From: Candidatus Sumerlaeaceae bacterium
Lineage (GTDB): Bacteria > Sumerlaeota > Sumerlaeia > Sumerlaeales > Sumerlaeaceae
Direction: 5' to 3'
NCBI GenBank assembly: GCA_049968255.1
Contig: JBMFRB010000001.1
Location: forward strand, 64,001 to 128,000
DNA length: 64,000 nucleotides
The translations under genes and the position numbers were made by a program. Positions within the stretch are counted from its first letter, which is position 1; each line of letters starts with the position of its first letter. Shown piece by piece: positions 50,152 through 61,454 of the stretch. Below the pieces are notes generated by a model, which was not told where the DNA came from, did no database searches, and saw nothing but the letters and a program-made list of their open reading frames with translations.

Positions 50152-51276
50152 TCAGAGTGATTTCGCCAGCGTGTTGAGGATTTCCAGGCCCTGGGCAAGT
50201 TTGTCGTCGGTGGTGGCGTAAGAAATTCGGAAATGCGTGTCGCGCTGCGAGAAAACGTTGCCGGGAATGACCAGGACATTGTTTTCAATGGCTTTTGTCA
50301 CAAAATCCGTGGCCGACATTGCCTTGGGAGCAGGCACGAAGGCGTAGAATGCGCCAGCTGGTTTTACAAGTTCAAACGAATCACGCAGCGCCTCGTAGAC
50401 CATATCGCGCTTGCGCTTATAGGCAGCCACCTGCTGCGACATGTCCGTCTGCAGAGCCACCGGACCGGCAGCCTGCGCCATGCTTGGCGCACAGACAAAG
50501 CTATATTGCTGCAAGGTCGTCATTTTTTCGATCACAGACTTAGGCCCAGTGACGTAAGCCATGCGCCAGCCTGTCATGGCGTAGCTTTTCGAAAAGCCGC
50601 GCATAAGGATTGTGTTCTCGTATATCTCGGCAAGGCTCACAAAAGGCGCATCGTAGCAGAAGAGATTGTAGATTTCATCCGAAATGACGAGGAGATTGTG
50701 GCGCCGCGCCATCTCGGCAATGTCTTCGAGTTCTTCGCGCGTGTAGATTGCCCCGCTCGGATTGCAGGGACTATTGACGACGAGAAGTTTCGTTCGCGGC
50801 GTGATGGCAGCCTCAATTTTGTCGAGTGGCGGACGAAAATCAGGATAGGTGTCAATGAGGACAGGCACGCCACCTGCGAGACGCACCTGGTGAAGATACA
50901 TAACAAAATAGGGATCAAGGATGATGACTTCGTCGCCGGGATTCACCAGCACGAAAAAGGCTAGCATCAGGGCACCTGAAACACCGCTAGTGACGAGGAT
51001 GGGCGGCACTTCGGACCAACCGAACTCTTTGCGCAAGTCGGCAGCGATGGCTTCCCGCAGTTCAGCAATGCCCTGCGTCTGAGTGTATTTGTTCTGCCCC
51101 CGGCGAATGGCCTCGATAGCAGCCTCCTTAATGGGATCAGGAACGTCAAAGTCCGGCTGGCCGATGGAGAGATTGATCGGATCCTTCATTGTGGCAGCTA
51201 AATCGAAGACTTTGCGTATGCCGCTGGCATCGAGATTGGCCACACGATCAGCAATCGGAGATTTCATTTCGGACAT
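50152..51276 (-). CDS. PLP-dependent aminotransferase class I/II
   Basis: LSIGQPDF, NSPCNPSG, ISDEIY, GFSKSYAMTGWR. Confidence 0.94.
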   Translation of the reverse strand: MSEMKSPIADRVANLDASGIRKVFDLAATMKDPINLSIGQPDFDVPDPIKEAAIEAIRRGQNKYTQTQGIAELREAIAADLRKEFGWSEVPPILVTSGVSGALMLAFFVLVNPGDEVIILDPYFVMYLHQVRLAGGVPVLIDTYPDFRPPLDKIEAAITPRTKLLVVNSPCNPSGAIYTREELEDIAEMARRHNLLVISDEIYNLFCYDAPFVSLAEIYENTILMRGFSKSYAMTGWRMAYVTGPKSVIEKMTTLQQYSFVCAPSMAQAAGPVALQTDMSQQVAAYKRKRDMVYEALRDSFELVKPAGAFYAFVPAPKAMSATDFVTKAIENNVLVIPGNVFSQRDTHFRISYATTDDKLAQGLEILNTLAKSL

Positions 51277-51597
51277 GGTCTCACCCTATGAAAGCGATAA
51301 CTTTTGCGAAAGCTGAGGTGATGAAGAAACGGAACGCAAGAAGAAGGAGCGGGAAGCGAGTGCTATCGACAAAAAAAGCCAAGTGAATGTTAGGTCCGCC
51401 GCTGGCCGGCGCGCTGCCCGAAACCAACTTCTGGCTAAGCGGGAGCTGGTCAAGGCGTATGCGAGATGCCTCTAGGGGGAAGAAGGCGCATGAGGCGCCG
51501 AAGGGAAAGAGACGTCAGGAGAGAAAAACACCCGTTTGGTACGGACGAAAATTCGCCCTTGAAAGAAAAGATGCGGTAGGATGAGCTTGCACCTACT

Positions 51598-53025
51598 ATG
51601 TCTGACCCTACCGGCTCAAAACCACTCGCACGTTTTGCCGCGCTCGACGCGTTGCGCGGTTTTGCGATCCTGACAATGGTTTTGTCGGGAACGATCCCTG
51701 AAGGGATCCTTCCCTCGTGGATGTACCACTGCCAAGTCCCCCCACCGGATCACAAATTCAATCCTTCGATTCCAGGCATCACGTGGGTGGATTTGGTGTT
51801 TCCCTTTTTTCTTTTTTGTCTCGGCGCCGCCATCCCCTTTGCGCTGCAGCGGCGCATGGAGAAAGGGCTCAGCCAGGCACAGGCTGTGGGAGTGGTGATC
51901 AAGCGTGGTTTTCAACTTTTCGCGTTCGCTGTCTATCAGGCTCATTTTTCGCCATACAATTTGAAAACCGATCCCGACTGGCTCCGCTGGGTCTATGCGC
52001 TTATGGGTTTCGGCCTTCTCTTTCCCATGATGATGCGCCTTCCCCAATCGTTGCCTAAGGTGTGGCATTGGGCAATTCGCGCATTTGGTTGGGGCGCGGC
52101 GCTCTGGCTGGTGTCGCACTTTCAGTATCAAAACGAGCCGACAACTTTTAGTATCTATCGCTCGAACATCATCCTCATGCTCCTCACGGTGTCGGCAGTT
52201 TTTGGCTCGCTCGCATGGATCTTCACGCGATCAAGTCACCTGCTGCGGTTGGGAGTGCTCGGCATCCTTATGGCGCACCGCCTTTCTTACGGATCGGAGG
52301 GGTGGGTGAAATGGATCACGGATCTCGTGTCGGTCGCCAAGATATGGAACCTCAATTACACGCACTACCTGTTTATCGTGATTCCAGGAACCATAGCTGG
52401 CGATTTGATGCTGCAATGGATGCGGCATCGTCAGGAGGACGAGCAACTGAGCTGGCCAAGCTCTCGCTACGCTTTGCTGGCGTCGCTCGGCGTGGTGTTA
52501 ATGGTCGTCGAGCTTGTCGGACTCAAAGGACGTTGGATCGGAGCGACCGTGATCGTTAGTGCCGTGCTTGTGGGGATTGGTTTCTGGTTGGTACGCACCC
52601 CTGGCTGCGACACGGAGAGATTTCTGCGTCAGCTGGTGGGATGGGGAAGTTACTGCCTATTGCTGGGGTTAGCATTCGAGCCTTACGAGGGGGGAATAAA
52701 AAAGGACCCCAACACCATGAGCTACTTTTTTGTGACAACAGGTTTAGGGTTTTACCTTATCGTCACATTCACGATCGTTCTTGATTTGTGGAAGGTGCGC
52801 CTGGGAACGCATCTGCTGGTTGCCAACGGGCAGAATCCCATGATTGCTTATGTCGGAATGGGCAATCTCATCCATCCGGTGCTCAACCTCACCGGAATTG
52901 GCCCATTCCTAGAAAAGCTCACGCCAGGGCCATGGCTGGGAACGCTGCGTGGCTTTCTCCTCACTCTGCTGCTGGCCTGGATCGTAGCTCAGTTTACGCG
53001 ACTCAAAATTTACTGGCGGACGTGA
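51598..53025 (+). CDS. HGSNAT/NagX-like (DUF5009-type) membrane acyltransferase-family protein
   Basis: ALDALRG, TWVDLVFPFFLF, GIKKD, GQNP; multi-TM. Confidence 0.85.
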   Translation: MSDPTGSKPLARFAALDALRGFAILTMVLSGTIPEGILPSWMYHCQVPPPDHKFNPSIPGITWVDLVFPFFLFCLGAAIPFALQRRMEKGLSQAQAVGVVIKRGFQLFAFAVYQAHFSPYNLKTDPDWLRWVYALMGFGLLFPMMMRLPQSLPKVWHWAIRAFGWGAALWLVSHFQYQNEPTTFSIYRSNIILMLLTVSAVFGSLAWIFTRSSHLLRLGVLGILMAHRLSYGSEGWVKWITDLVSVAKIWNLNYTHYLFIVIPGTIAGDLMLQWMRHRQEDEQLSWPSSRYALLASLGVVLMVVELVGLKGRWIGATVIVSAVLVGIGFWLVRTPGCDTERFLRQLVGWGSYCLLLGLAFEPYEGGIKKDPNTMSYFFVTTGLGFYLIVTFTIVLDLWKVRLGTHLLVANGQNPMIAYVGMGNLIHPVLNLTGIGPFLEKLTPGPWLGTLRGFLLTLLLAWIVAQFTRLKIYWRT

Positions 53026-53163
53026 GGAGCAGGCTGGCTTTGTGCCCCGAGCCCCGTAGTTGCGCGCGCCACGCATAAAATGCGGCCAGGCCTGTTACCC
53101 TAATACTCGAGCCACGTGAAGCTAAGTAAGAAGCTACGCGTGGGCATAATTGGAGACAGTTCA

Positions 53164-54144
53164 ATGTCGCACGACAAAGCACCTTGGATTACATACCGTC
53201 CGGAGATCAAAGTGCTCGATTGCACAATCCGCGACGGAGGTTTGATGAATAATCATCAGTTCGACGATGAGATGGTCCGCGCAGTCTACAAAGCGTGCCT
53301 CGAGGCCGGCATCGATTACATGGAGATCGGTTACAAGGCATCGAAGAGCATTTTTGCACGCGACACTTATGGAGATTGGAAGTACTGTGACGAGGACGAC
53401 ATCCGACGAATTGTTGGAGAAAACAATACGCCGCTGAAGTTGGCAGCTATGGCCGACGCTGGAAAAACCGACTACAAGACCGACATACTGCCGAAAGAAA
53501 AAAGCGTTCTCGACATGATCCGCGTGGCCTGCTACGTCCACCAGCTCGCAGAAGCTGTAGATATGATCAAGGACGCGCATGATAAAGGTTACGAAACGAC
53601 GTGCAACATCATGGCGATTTCCGTCGTAAAAGACGCAGAGATCGAGCAGGCACTCGAGATTCTAGCAGAAACGCCGGTCTCAACCGTGGTTGTCGTGGAT
53701 AGCTATGGGTCGCTCTACACCGAGCAGGTCCGCATGCTCGTTCAGCGCTACAAAAAGGCCCTCGATGGGACGGGGAAAGAAGTTGGCATCCATGCCCACA
53801 ACAATCAGCAATTGGCTTTCGCCAACACAATTGAGGCAATCATTGCTGGAGCAAACCGCCTCGACGCCACAATGGCCGGATTGGGCCGCGGCGCAGGCAA
53901 TTGCCCGATGGAACTGTTGCTCGGTTTCCTCCGCAATCCAAAATTCAAGATACGGCCGATCTGGGAGCTTCTGGAAAAGTACTTTGTGCCACTTGCGAAG
54001 GAGCTTGATTGGGGGCCATCGCCTCCTTACATGATTACTGGCCAGTTTAACCAACATCCGCGCGCCGCTATCGCCTGGCGTGCTGGCGAGCAAAGAGATC
54101 GGATCGTGGAATTCTACGACAAATGCATCGGAGACGTCGAATAG
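53164..54144 (+). CDS. DRE-TIM metallolyase, 4-hydroxy-2-oxovalerate-aldolase-like catalytic domain
   Basis: DCTIRDGG, DSYGS, HAHNN, GLGRGAGN; ATG at 53164. Confidence 0.85.
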   Translation: MSHDKAPWITYRPEIKVLDCTIRDGGLMNNHQFDDEMVRAVYKACLEAGIDYMEIGYKASKSIFARDTYGDWKYCDEDDIRRIVGENNTPLKLAAMADAGKTDYKTDILPKEKSVLDMIRVACYVHQLAEAVDMIKDAHDKGYETTCNIMAISVVKDAEIEQALEILAETPVSTVVVVDSYGSLYTEQVRMLVQRYKKALDGTGKEVGIHAHNNQQLAFANTIEAIIAGANRLDATMAGLGRGAGNCPMELLLGFLRNPKFKIRPIWELLEKYFVPLAKELDWGPSPPYMITGQFNQHPRAAIAWRAGEQRDRIVEFYDKCIGDVE

Positions 54145-54385
54145 GGAAGCGAATGCTTTTGCGTTGAGCAGAACCCTACAGCACAGCGATCTGCTCGGCG
54201 CGAGGAGCGAGGCAACAAAAAATCCACGTGGCATGTCGGCATCATTCGGCCGCGGGAATAACACCACTCGGCACGTGGCGCTCTTCGTCAACCAATCGGC
54301 GAAAACGCGCACAGGTCTTTGCTGCAAACGACGGCGAGCTCACAACGGCCTGACAACCAACAGCACAAGAGCCATGCCCGCTACC

Positions 54386-56881
54386 TTACTCGAGTTCCCA
54401 GGAACTGACGCGTGTGGGGACCTCGATGAAGACTGTTTTGACTGCGTCAGCAACGACCAGCTTTGATGTGTCGCTGATGGCATTGCTCAGCACAACCTTG
54501 TCCGTGCCGTCGCCACGGAAACGAAACTGCCCCAGCAGGAGCCATTGGCCACCATTAATCTGCTGGTTGATGCGAATCGTCGTCGTGCCTTGAGCGTGAT
54601 AAACCGTAAAGGGCGAATCGGTGGCCCGATTCGAGGACTCTGGATACCAGACGTAGAGCTCATAAATCCCCGGGGTGGGGATGTAAAGCTTCCAAGTGGC
54701 TGTGCTCGGGGGATTGGTGCCCCAGGAGTAGCGGTAAGACGTGCCATACTTATTGGGCTGAGCCGTGCCCGTTGTCCAAGACCCCGTGAGGCTGAAACGC
54801 TGCGAATCACTATCGTCTACGATGGAAAAGTCCGTCGAGTCTGGGCCAAGAACTAACGTGTCGAGCAAATTGCCCTGGGCATCGTAGCAATAAGCGATGA
54901 ACGAGACGGTCGACGAAGGTGCCAGAACATTAGACAAAACGAGGCGCCCATTAGCCTTTGTGGTGGTTTCGCCAAGAAAACTCCCGTCGGCAAAGACGCG
55001 TGTACGGACAGCACGATGATGATAGACTTCCACGCGGAAGGGAACGCCATCTTGGATGGGCTTGAGGTCGTTGACGATCAAGTCGCCATTGTTGCGCGGG
55101 TAGGGATTCGAGTCGAAAGCGGCCCAATGAATCGGCGAGTTGGTGCGCACATTTGCCTGCAATTGACGCAGCGTAGGCGTGTCGAGGAGATCGAGGTTTG
55201 AGAGCCCTTGGGCGCTCATCATAGCAGCGGCAGTTCCGCCAGCACTGCCAATCACCCACTCAATGGGGTGCACACGGTAGCATGCGTTTGTGATATAGGT
55301 GGTGGCGATTCCTTTGCCACCGGCGAGAAGATTCCGCACATTTGCAGAGCCAAGCGCACGATAGGGAACATAAAAGGGAGCGGCTTTGCTAAAGGGCGGC
55401 ACGATGCCCGTGCTGCTTTTGGTGGGATGGACGTCTACCGCATAATTGCCGATGCCGACAGAGTCATAAAAACGCCAGGATGTGCCCCCATTGTAGTTCG
55501 TCGCGGCAGTATTAACAAGATATCGGCTCGTAAGGCGGAAATTATCGAGACCGATGATCCGGCGACAGCAACGGATGTAAGGGAATTTCGCGAGGCCGTG
55601 CCCCGTCCCCATCATGTTGAGCGGATCAGTCGTGCCATGGGGCATGCGGGTGTCCCAAGTGGTGGTGCGGCGCTCCTTCATGTAAAAATACCACGCCACC
55701 GCGTGCTTCTCGGCCTCCGCGACGTAGGCGAGATTGAGGCCCCCATGCCAATCGGCAGCTTCGGCTGCACATTGGCTCTTGGTCTTATAGATCGAGGCGT
55801 AGGGGTAATCGTTTCCGGGATACCAGTTCTGCATGGAAACATCGCCGACATTCACACTGTCGAAGCTGAAAAGCGGGCCTGTGTTCTTCAGTCGGCGATA
55901 GGTCCAAATACGATTGTAGGTGTACGAGCCAAACGAAAAATACGTCGCGCTCTGCGTGGCGTAATAGCTATCGAAATCTGGCCAAGGAGTCTTGAGCTCG
56001 TCCTCGGTGTGGGTTGTAGGATTATCGGTCATGCAGAAGGGGAAAACAGTCGCCTGGCTACCGCTCTCATTGCAGGCTGGAGGTGTCCCATCTTCAGACA
56101 TTTCTTCGGTTGTTAGCTCACGTCCCACAGTGTAGTTTGCGCCGGAAAGAACAATCACGTCGCCTGTCTCGGATGCATCAATGACGACAAAACCTTTCGA
56201 TGGGTTGCGGGGAACGACGTCGTAGAGTATCTTCGTAAAATCTGAAGAATCGTTTGGCGAATACCAATCCGTCATTTCCTCGGAGAGAAACTTGGTGTGG
56301 GGAACATAGCCAGGCTTCGGGGTGCGCTGGATGAGAGTAAGGCTAGTGATTTTCAAGGCATTGCCGAAATCGTCGGATACAGGAATCGTCCGGACACGTT
56401 TGACAACGGTCATGCGCATGACCGTCACGTTTGTTGTTTCGGATAACATTTGGTCGAGCACCCACACTGCCGTGCGGGGATCGAAAGCCTCGCGGGAGAC
56501 CCAGCACGAGCCGTTGGGAGCGAACCCTTCGCCCGGGGCGGACGGAGGCGCATTCTTGAGACGGTTGAGAAAATCGAGATAATCGGCAGGATAGTAGAGC
56601 GTGGGCTGAGTGCGCATGAGCGTGGCACCAGGATCATGCCACGCGTTGTCAATGGCGGCAACCCCCTGCGAGGTGGTTTGGCCACCGAGCCAATCGGTGG
56701 GTTCGACCAGCAAGATTTGCGCGTTGGGATTTGTGCGTGAAGCAGCCAACGCAGCTGCCGGAGCACTAAATGATCCGCCAACAATCACTATGTCGTACGC
56801 AAGCTGCTGCGCCGCCCCGTTCATCGCAACGACTCCCCACATGAGAATGGCTAAGCAAAGGATGACGAGAACACGCCGCAT
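54386..56881 (-). CDS. Secreted FAD-dependent oxidoreductase with C-terminal golvesin/xanthan-lyase-CBD-like domain
   Basis: Sec signal; YDIVIVGG, EPTDWLGGQ, IDASETGD, PYIR..RR, YRVHP-EW; tail NRATDSPF...INQQINGGQW...VVADAVK. Confidence 0.85.
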   Translation of the reverse strand: MRRVLVILCLAILMWGVVAMNGAAQQLAYDIVIVGGSFSAPAAALAASRTNPNAQILLVEPTDWLGGQTTSQGVAAIDNAWHDPGATLMRTQPTLYYPADYLDFLNRLKNAPPSAPGEGFAPNGSCWVSREAFDPRTAVWVLDQMLSETTNVTVMRMTVVKRVRTIPVSDDFGNALKITSLTLIQRTPKPGYVPHTKFLSEEMTDWYSPNDSSDFTKILYDVVPRNPSKGFVVIDASETGDVIVLSGANYTVGRELTTEEMSEDGTPPACNESGSQATVFPFCMTDNPTTHTEDELKTPWPDFDSYYATQSATYFSFGSYTYNRIWTYRRLKNTGPLFSFDSVNVGDVSMQNWYPGNDYPYASIYKTKSQCAAEAADWHGGLNLAYVAEAEKHAVAWYFYMKERRTTTWDTRMPHGTTDPLNMMGTGHGLAKFPYIRCCRRIIGLDNFRLTSRYLVNTAATNYNGGTSWRFYDSVGIGNYAVDVHPTKSSTGIVPPFSKAAPFYVPYRALGSANVRNLLAGGKGIATTYITNACYRVHPIEWVIGSAGGTAAAMMSAQGLSNLDLLDTPTLRQLQANVRTNSPIHWAAFDSNPYPRNNGDLIVNDLKPIQDGVPFRVEVYHHRAVRTRVFADGSFLGETTTKANGRLVLSNVLAPSSTVSFIAYCYDAQGNLLDTLVLGPDSTDFSIVDDSDSQRFSLTGSWTTGTAQPNKYGTSYRYSWGTNPPSTATWKLYIPTPGIYELYVWYPESSNRATDSPFTVYHAQGTTTIRINQQINGGQWLLLGQFRFRGDGTDKVVLSNAISDTSKLVVADAVKTVFIEVPTRVSSWELE

Positions 56882-57103
56882 GCTGGTGCGGTCATGTTTT
56901 TTCGGGTGGAGTGAAAAGTTCCCTTCCCGTTCTTGGAGTAACACAGTGGCAACTCCTACACGCGCATTTATTTACTCTTATATTGATTTTGCAGAAAAAG
57001 TCACGAGTCAATCCTTGTTTGGCAGAAAGCGTGGGTAAGCTCGCTTGATGACAAGCATGTTATTGTTACCGAAGCCCCGCCGAACCGTTGGCAGGTAGGT
57101 ACT

Positions 57104-57151
57104 AAAAAAAGCTCCGATCCCCCACTCGGGGATCGGAGCTCGCTTTTTTTC
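57104..57151. terminator. Intrinsic terminator downstream of groEL (potentially bidirectional)
   Basis: AGCTCCGATCCCC-cactc-GGGGATCGGAGCT 13-bp stem flanked by an A run and a T run. Confidence 0.85.
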
Positions 57152-57189
57152 GCTTAGGAAAAGGAGCGACGCGCCCTTGCAGCCTGCGA

Positions 57190-58815
<1,626 letters not shown>

Positions 58816-58871
58816 TCATTTCCTCCACTTCGATTTATTTGGTTTGTTAGCAGGCGCACGAGAAGCTGCTT

Positions 58872-59177
58872 TTACTTCTTCTCGCTCTTTTCGATCACGG
58901 CGAGAATGTCGCTCTCGTGCATGATCAGGTATTCTTCGCCATCAATTTTGACCTCGGTTCCGGCATATTTGCCGAACAGAACCTCGTCGCCGACTTTCAC
59001 ATCGAGGGGGATCCGCTTGCCGCTCTCGTCTTTTTTCCCTTCGCCGACAGCGACAACAGTACCCCGCTGCGGTTTCTCTTTGGCCGTGTCGGGAATGATG
59101 ATTCCCGCGGCTGATTTCTGTTCTACTTCCTCCGCGCGCTTTACCAGCACACGGTCATGCAGCGGACGAACCGGCAT
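58872..59177 (-). CDS. groES: Co-chaperonin GroES
   Basis: [24 protein letters not shown]; SD AAGGAGG before ATG 59177. Confidence 0.99.
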   Translation of the reverse strand: MPVRPLHDRVLVKRAEEVEQKSAAGIIIPDTAKEKPQRGTVVAVGEGKKDESGKRIPLDVKVGDEVLFGKYAGTEVKIDGEEYLIMHESDILAVIEKSEKK

Positions 59178-59228
59178 GTGAGTGAACCTCCTTAACGATA
59201 GTTTGCTCGCAATTTCTGGCACAGCCTC

Positions 59229-59246
59229 ATGCAAAGCAGGTGCCGA
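59229..59246 (-). promoter_or_regulatory. Putative sigma54 promoter of groES-groEL
   Basis: Minus strand TCGGCACCTGCTTTGCAT, GG-N10-GC; AT-rich IHF-like tract upstream. Confidence 0.6.
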
Positions 59247-59396
59247 TTGTAATGATGGCTAATAACAATTGCATTATCAGTGATCTATAAAGATAACGCT
59301 TTGCCATCGCCTGCCGGACTGTTCCCATTTGAAACATGTGCAAGGCGACGTGTTGAATTAGTGCGTCATTTGCGCAGGAAAACCCGGGAATCAGGC

Positions 59397-59588
59397 CTGA
59401 ATGCGGGCCCAGAATTGCGCCAGCGTGCGGTGGCGGCTCTCGCGAAATGAACTATGAGCATGCGAGTCGGCGCAGATTCGTGGGCAAGCCTCTTGATGAT
59501 TGTGAGGGCGCAGCTGCCTAGGACGGATACGGCCGAAAAACGAATAACCTGCACCGCTGAAACGTAGTTGGCCACGGCCTGCGTTCAG
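59397..59588 (+). ncRNA. Candidate rod-shaped structured RNA (6S-like or rplY leader)
   Basis: Nested helices paired by hand across 192 nt with G-U wobbles valid on the + strand. Confidence 0.4.
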
Positions 59589-59658
59589 CTTTGGGCGAGC
59601 AATGTAAGAGCTCGGCCGGCTGAAACAACAGGCACATTTTGCGACAAGAGGCATAACG

Positions 59659-60321
59659 ATGGAACGCGTAGCAATCAAGTTCGAGCCGCGCGCAGCGACA
59701 GGTAAAGGGCCCAACCGCAAATTGCGTGCGAAGGGAAAAATTCCTGCTGTCATTTACGGTTCAGGCATCGAGCCACAAAAAGTCGCCCTCGATGCGCATG
59801 AGTTTGGTATTGTTCTCCAAAAGGCAGGGAGCAGCGCCATGTTCGCGCTCGTCGCTAACGAGGGACCAAGCAAAGAAGAGCGGCTAGCTGTGATCCGCGA
59901 AATTCAGCGCGATCCTGTGACGCGCCGCATTCTCCACGTGGACCTGTATCAAGTCCGAATGGATGTTGAGGCAGACTTCGAGGTGCCTGTGCATCACGTA
60001 GGGGTGCCCGTTGGCGTGCGCGAGGGAGGCATCCTCGAAACGCATCGCCACGTCGTCGAAGTGCGCTGCCGGCCTGACATGCTTCCAAAGTTCATCGAGG
60101 CTGATCTGACCAACTTGAAGATCAACCATGCTTTCCATGCGGGGGAACTGAAGCTGCCCGAAGGGCTGAAACTTGTCACGGATCCAGAAGAGGTGCTCTT
60201 CAGCATTCTTCCGCCGAAGGATTATGTCGAGCCGACGCCTGCGGCACCTGGTGAAGAGGAGATGGCTCAGCCGGAGGTTATTGGACGTAAGAAGGCCGAA
60301 GAAGAGGAAGCTGAGGAATAA
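59659..60321 (+). CDS. rplY: 50S ribosomal protein L25 / Ctc (long form)
   Basis: GKGPNRKLR, IPAVIYG, QRDPV...HVDL, GVREGG, acidic tail. Confidence 0.97.
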   Translation: MERVAIKFEPRAATGKGPNRKLRAKGKIPAVIYGSGIEPQKVALDAHEFGIVLQKAGSSAMFALVANEGPSKEERLAVIREIQRDPVTRRILHVDLYQVRMDVEADFEVPVHHVGVPVGVREGGILETHRHVVEVRCRPDMLPKFIEADLTNLKINHAFHAGELKLPEGLKLVTDPEEVLFSILPPKDYVEPTPAAPGEEEMAQPEVIGRKKAEEEEAEE

Positions 60322-60342
60322 CGGTCGCTATGGCAATCTTGG

Positions 60343-60388
60343 CGCCGGTCGGGGTGCGTGCAGTACTCCGACCGGCGTTGTGTTTGTT
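60343..60388 (+). terminator. Probable terminator after rplY
   Basis: 15-bp stem CGCCGGTCGGGGTGC/GTACTCCGACCGGCG (2 G-U) followed by TTGTGTTTGTT. Confidence 0.55.
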
Positions 60389-60626
60389 GCCAACACAAAC
60401 AGCGTCGCCGTTGCAGTGCACCTCGTGAAGGTTGCAGCTTTTTAGCCAGCCTGAGTACACTCAATTGCCAATGGCAGGAGAAGGAGTTCCCCACTGCTCA
60501 TTACCGCTGGAGCAGATCAACGCGTGTGGGCTTGAAGGAAGGCACGGGGCCGCACAGCAAACCACAATGACCAGAGAGCGGGTAGCGCAAACTTCATCAT
60601 GGATAAACGCGACCGAATTTGCTGGG

Positions 60627-61103
60627 TCAGTAGGGACGCGCTGCGCTGGGCTTGAGCACGACATCGCTGCGCGCCGGTGCGCTTGGCACATACACGGACG
60701 GATCGGCCACCTGGGGCGATGACTGGAAAGAATACGCGGGGATTCGCCACTCGAAGCTACTGGCGTAGCGAGGGCCGACGTACTGTGGAGTGCCAACGTA
60801 AGCGCGAGGCCCATAGGCCGCGTACATCGGATCGCCATACTGGTTCTTCTGCGGGCCAATGAGACTTATCTGTCGCTGCATGGCCTCGCGGCGCTGATTT
60901 TCAATATCGGCTGCTTTGGCATAGGCGTCATGCACCACTTGCTGGCCTTTTTGCATGTATTTGCGCCATGCCTTGGGGGTCCAGTGTAATTCTTCCGGCT
61001 CACAGGGATTCGACCCGCCACCGCCAGCCAAGACATTGCAACATAGGGCGAGAAGAGCGAGCGCCAGGGATATCGCTCGACTAAAGCTTTGTTTGCCAGA
61101 CAT
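60627..61103 (-). CDS. Secreted hypothetical protein with Tyr/Pro-rich C-terminus
   Basis: Signal ending VLA; SD AAGGGAG. Confidence 0.65.
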   Translation of the reverse strand: MSGKQSFSRAISLALALLALCCNVLAGGGGSNPCEPEELHWTPKAWRKYMQKGQQVVHDAYAKAADIENQRREAMQRQISLIGPQKNQYGDPMYAAYGPRAYVGTPQYVGPRYASSFEWRIPAYSFQSSPQVADPSVYVPSAPARSDVVLKPSAARPY

Positions 61104-61119
61104 TGCGTCTCTTTCTCCC

Positions 61120-61392
61120 TTACGGCAAATCGTGAATTTTTCGCAGCCGATAGATTGCCTCGTTTACTTCGCACGGGAGCCACTGGTCTTGCTCGCGCAA
61201 GTACCGCGCCACGAGGTCCAGCGAGCCCATTTGACTATAAAGCTGGTCGGCGTGCACCACCTGTTCCTTTTCAATAAAGCAGCGGTCGCCGCTGCCGACG
61301 GTCATAGGGTCTACTGGCATTTTAGCACGCCATGCGCAGCCAGAAAAAATGAAAGCCGCAACTATCATTGCGGCTAAAGTGACACACGTCAT
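61120..61392 (-). CDS. Small putative lipoprotein
   Basis: MTCVTLAAMIVAAFIFSG-C lipobox; ATG at 61392 just downstream of rpsT. Confidence 0.65.
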   Translation of the reverse strand: MTCVTLAAMIVAAFIFSGCAWRAKMPVDPMTVGSGDRCFIEKEQVVHADQLYSQMGSLDLVARYLREQDQWLPCEVNEAIYRLRKIHDLP

Positions 61393-61454
61393 TTGTTTCC
61401 GTGATTTCAGCACGGCCTTATTGCGTGAACAACAGCAGAGAAAAGCAAGAGCAA

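Noticed and set aside
51358-51365. GAGTGCTA, half of a CIRCE
   Set aside because: No matching left arm 9 nt upstream and no chaperone gene adjacent
51321-51386. 21-aa basic peptide MKKRNARRRSGKRVLSTKKAK
   Set aside because: SD-like GAGGTG abuts the ATG with no spacing; purine-rich intergenic DNA yields such ORFs by chance
59217-59246. TGGCAC...GTGCCG inverted repeat as a CIRCE element
   Set aside because: Spacing is 17 nt rather than 13 and the TTA/CTC bases are missing; better explained as a sigma54 element
59374-59390. RNase P RNA (CAGGAAAACCCGGG resembles GAGGAAAGTCC)
   Set aside because: Mismatches in invariant positions and no 3' AGAACCCGGCTTA-like partner
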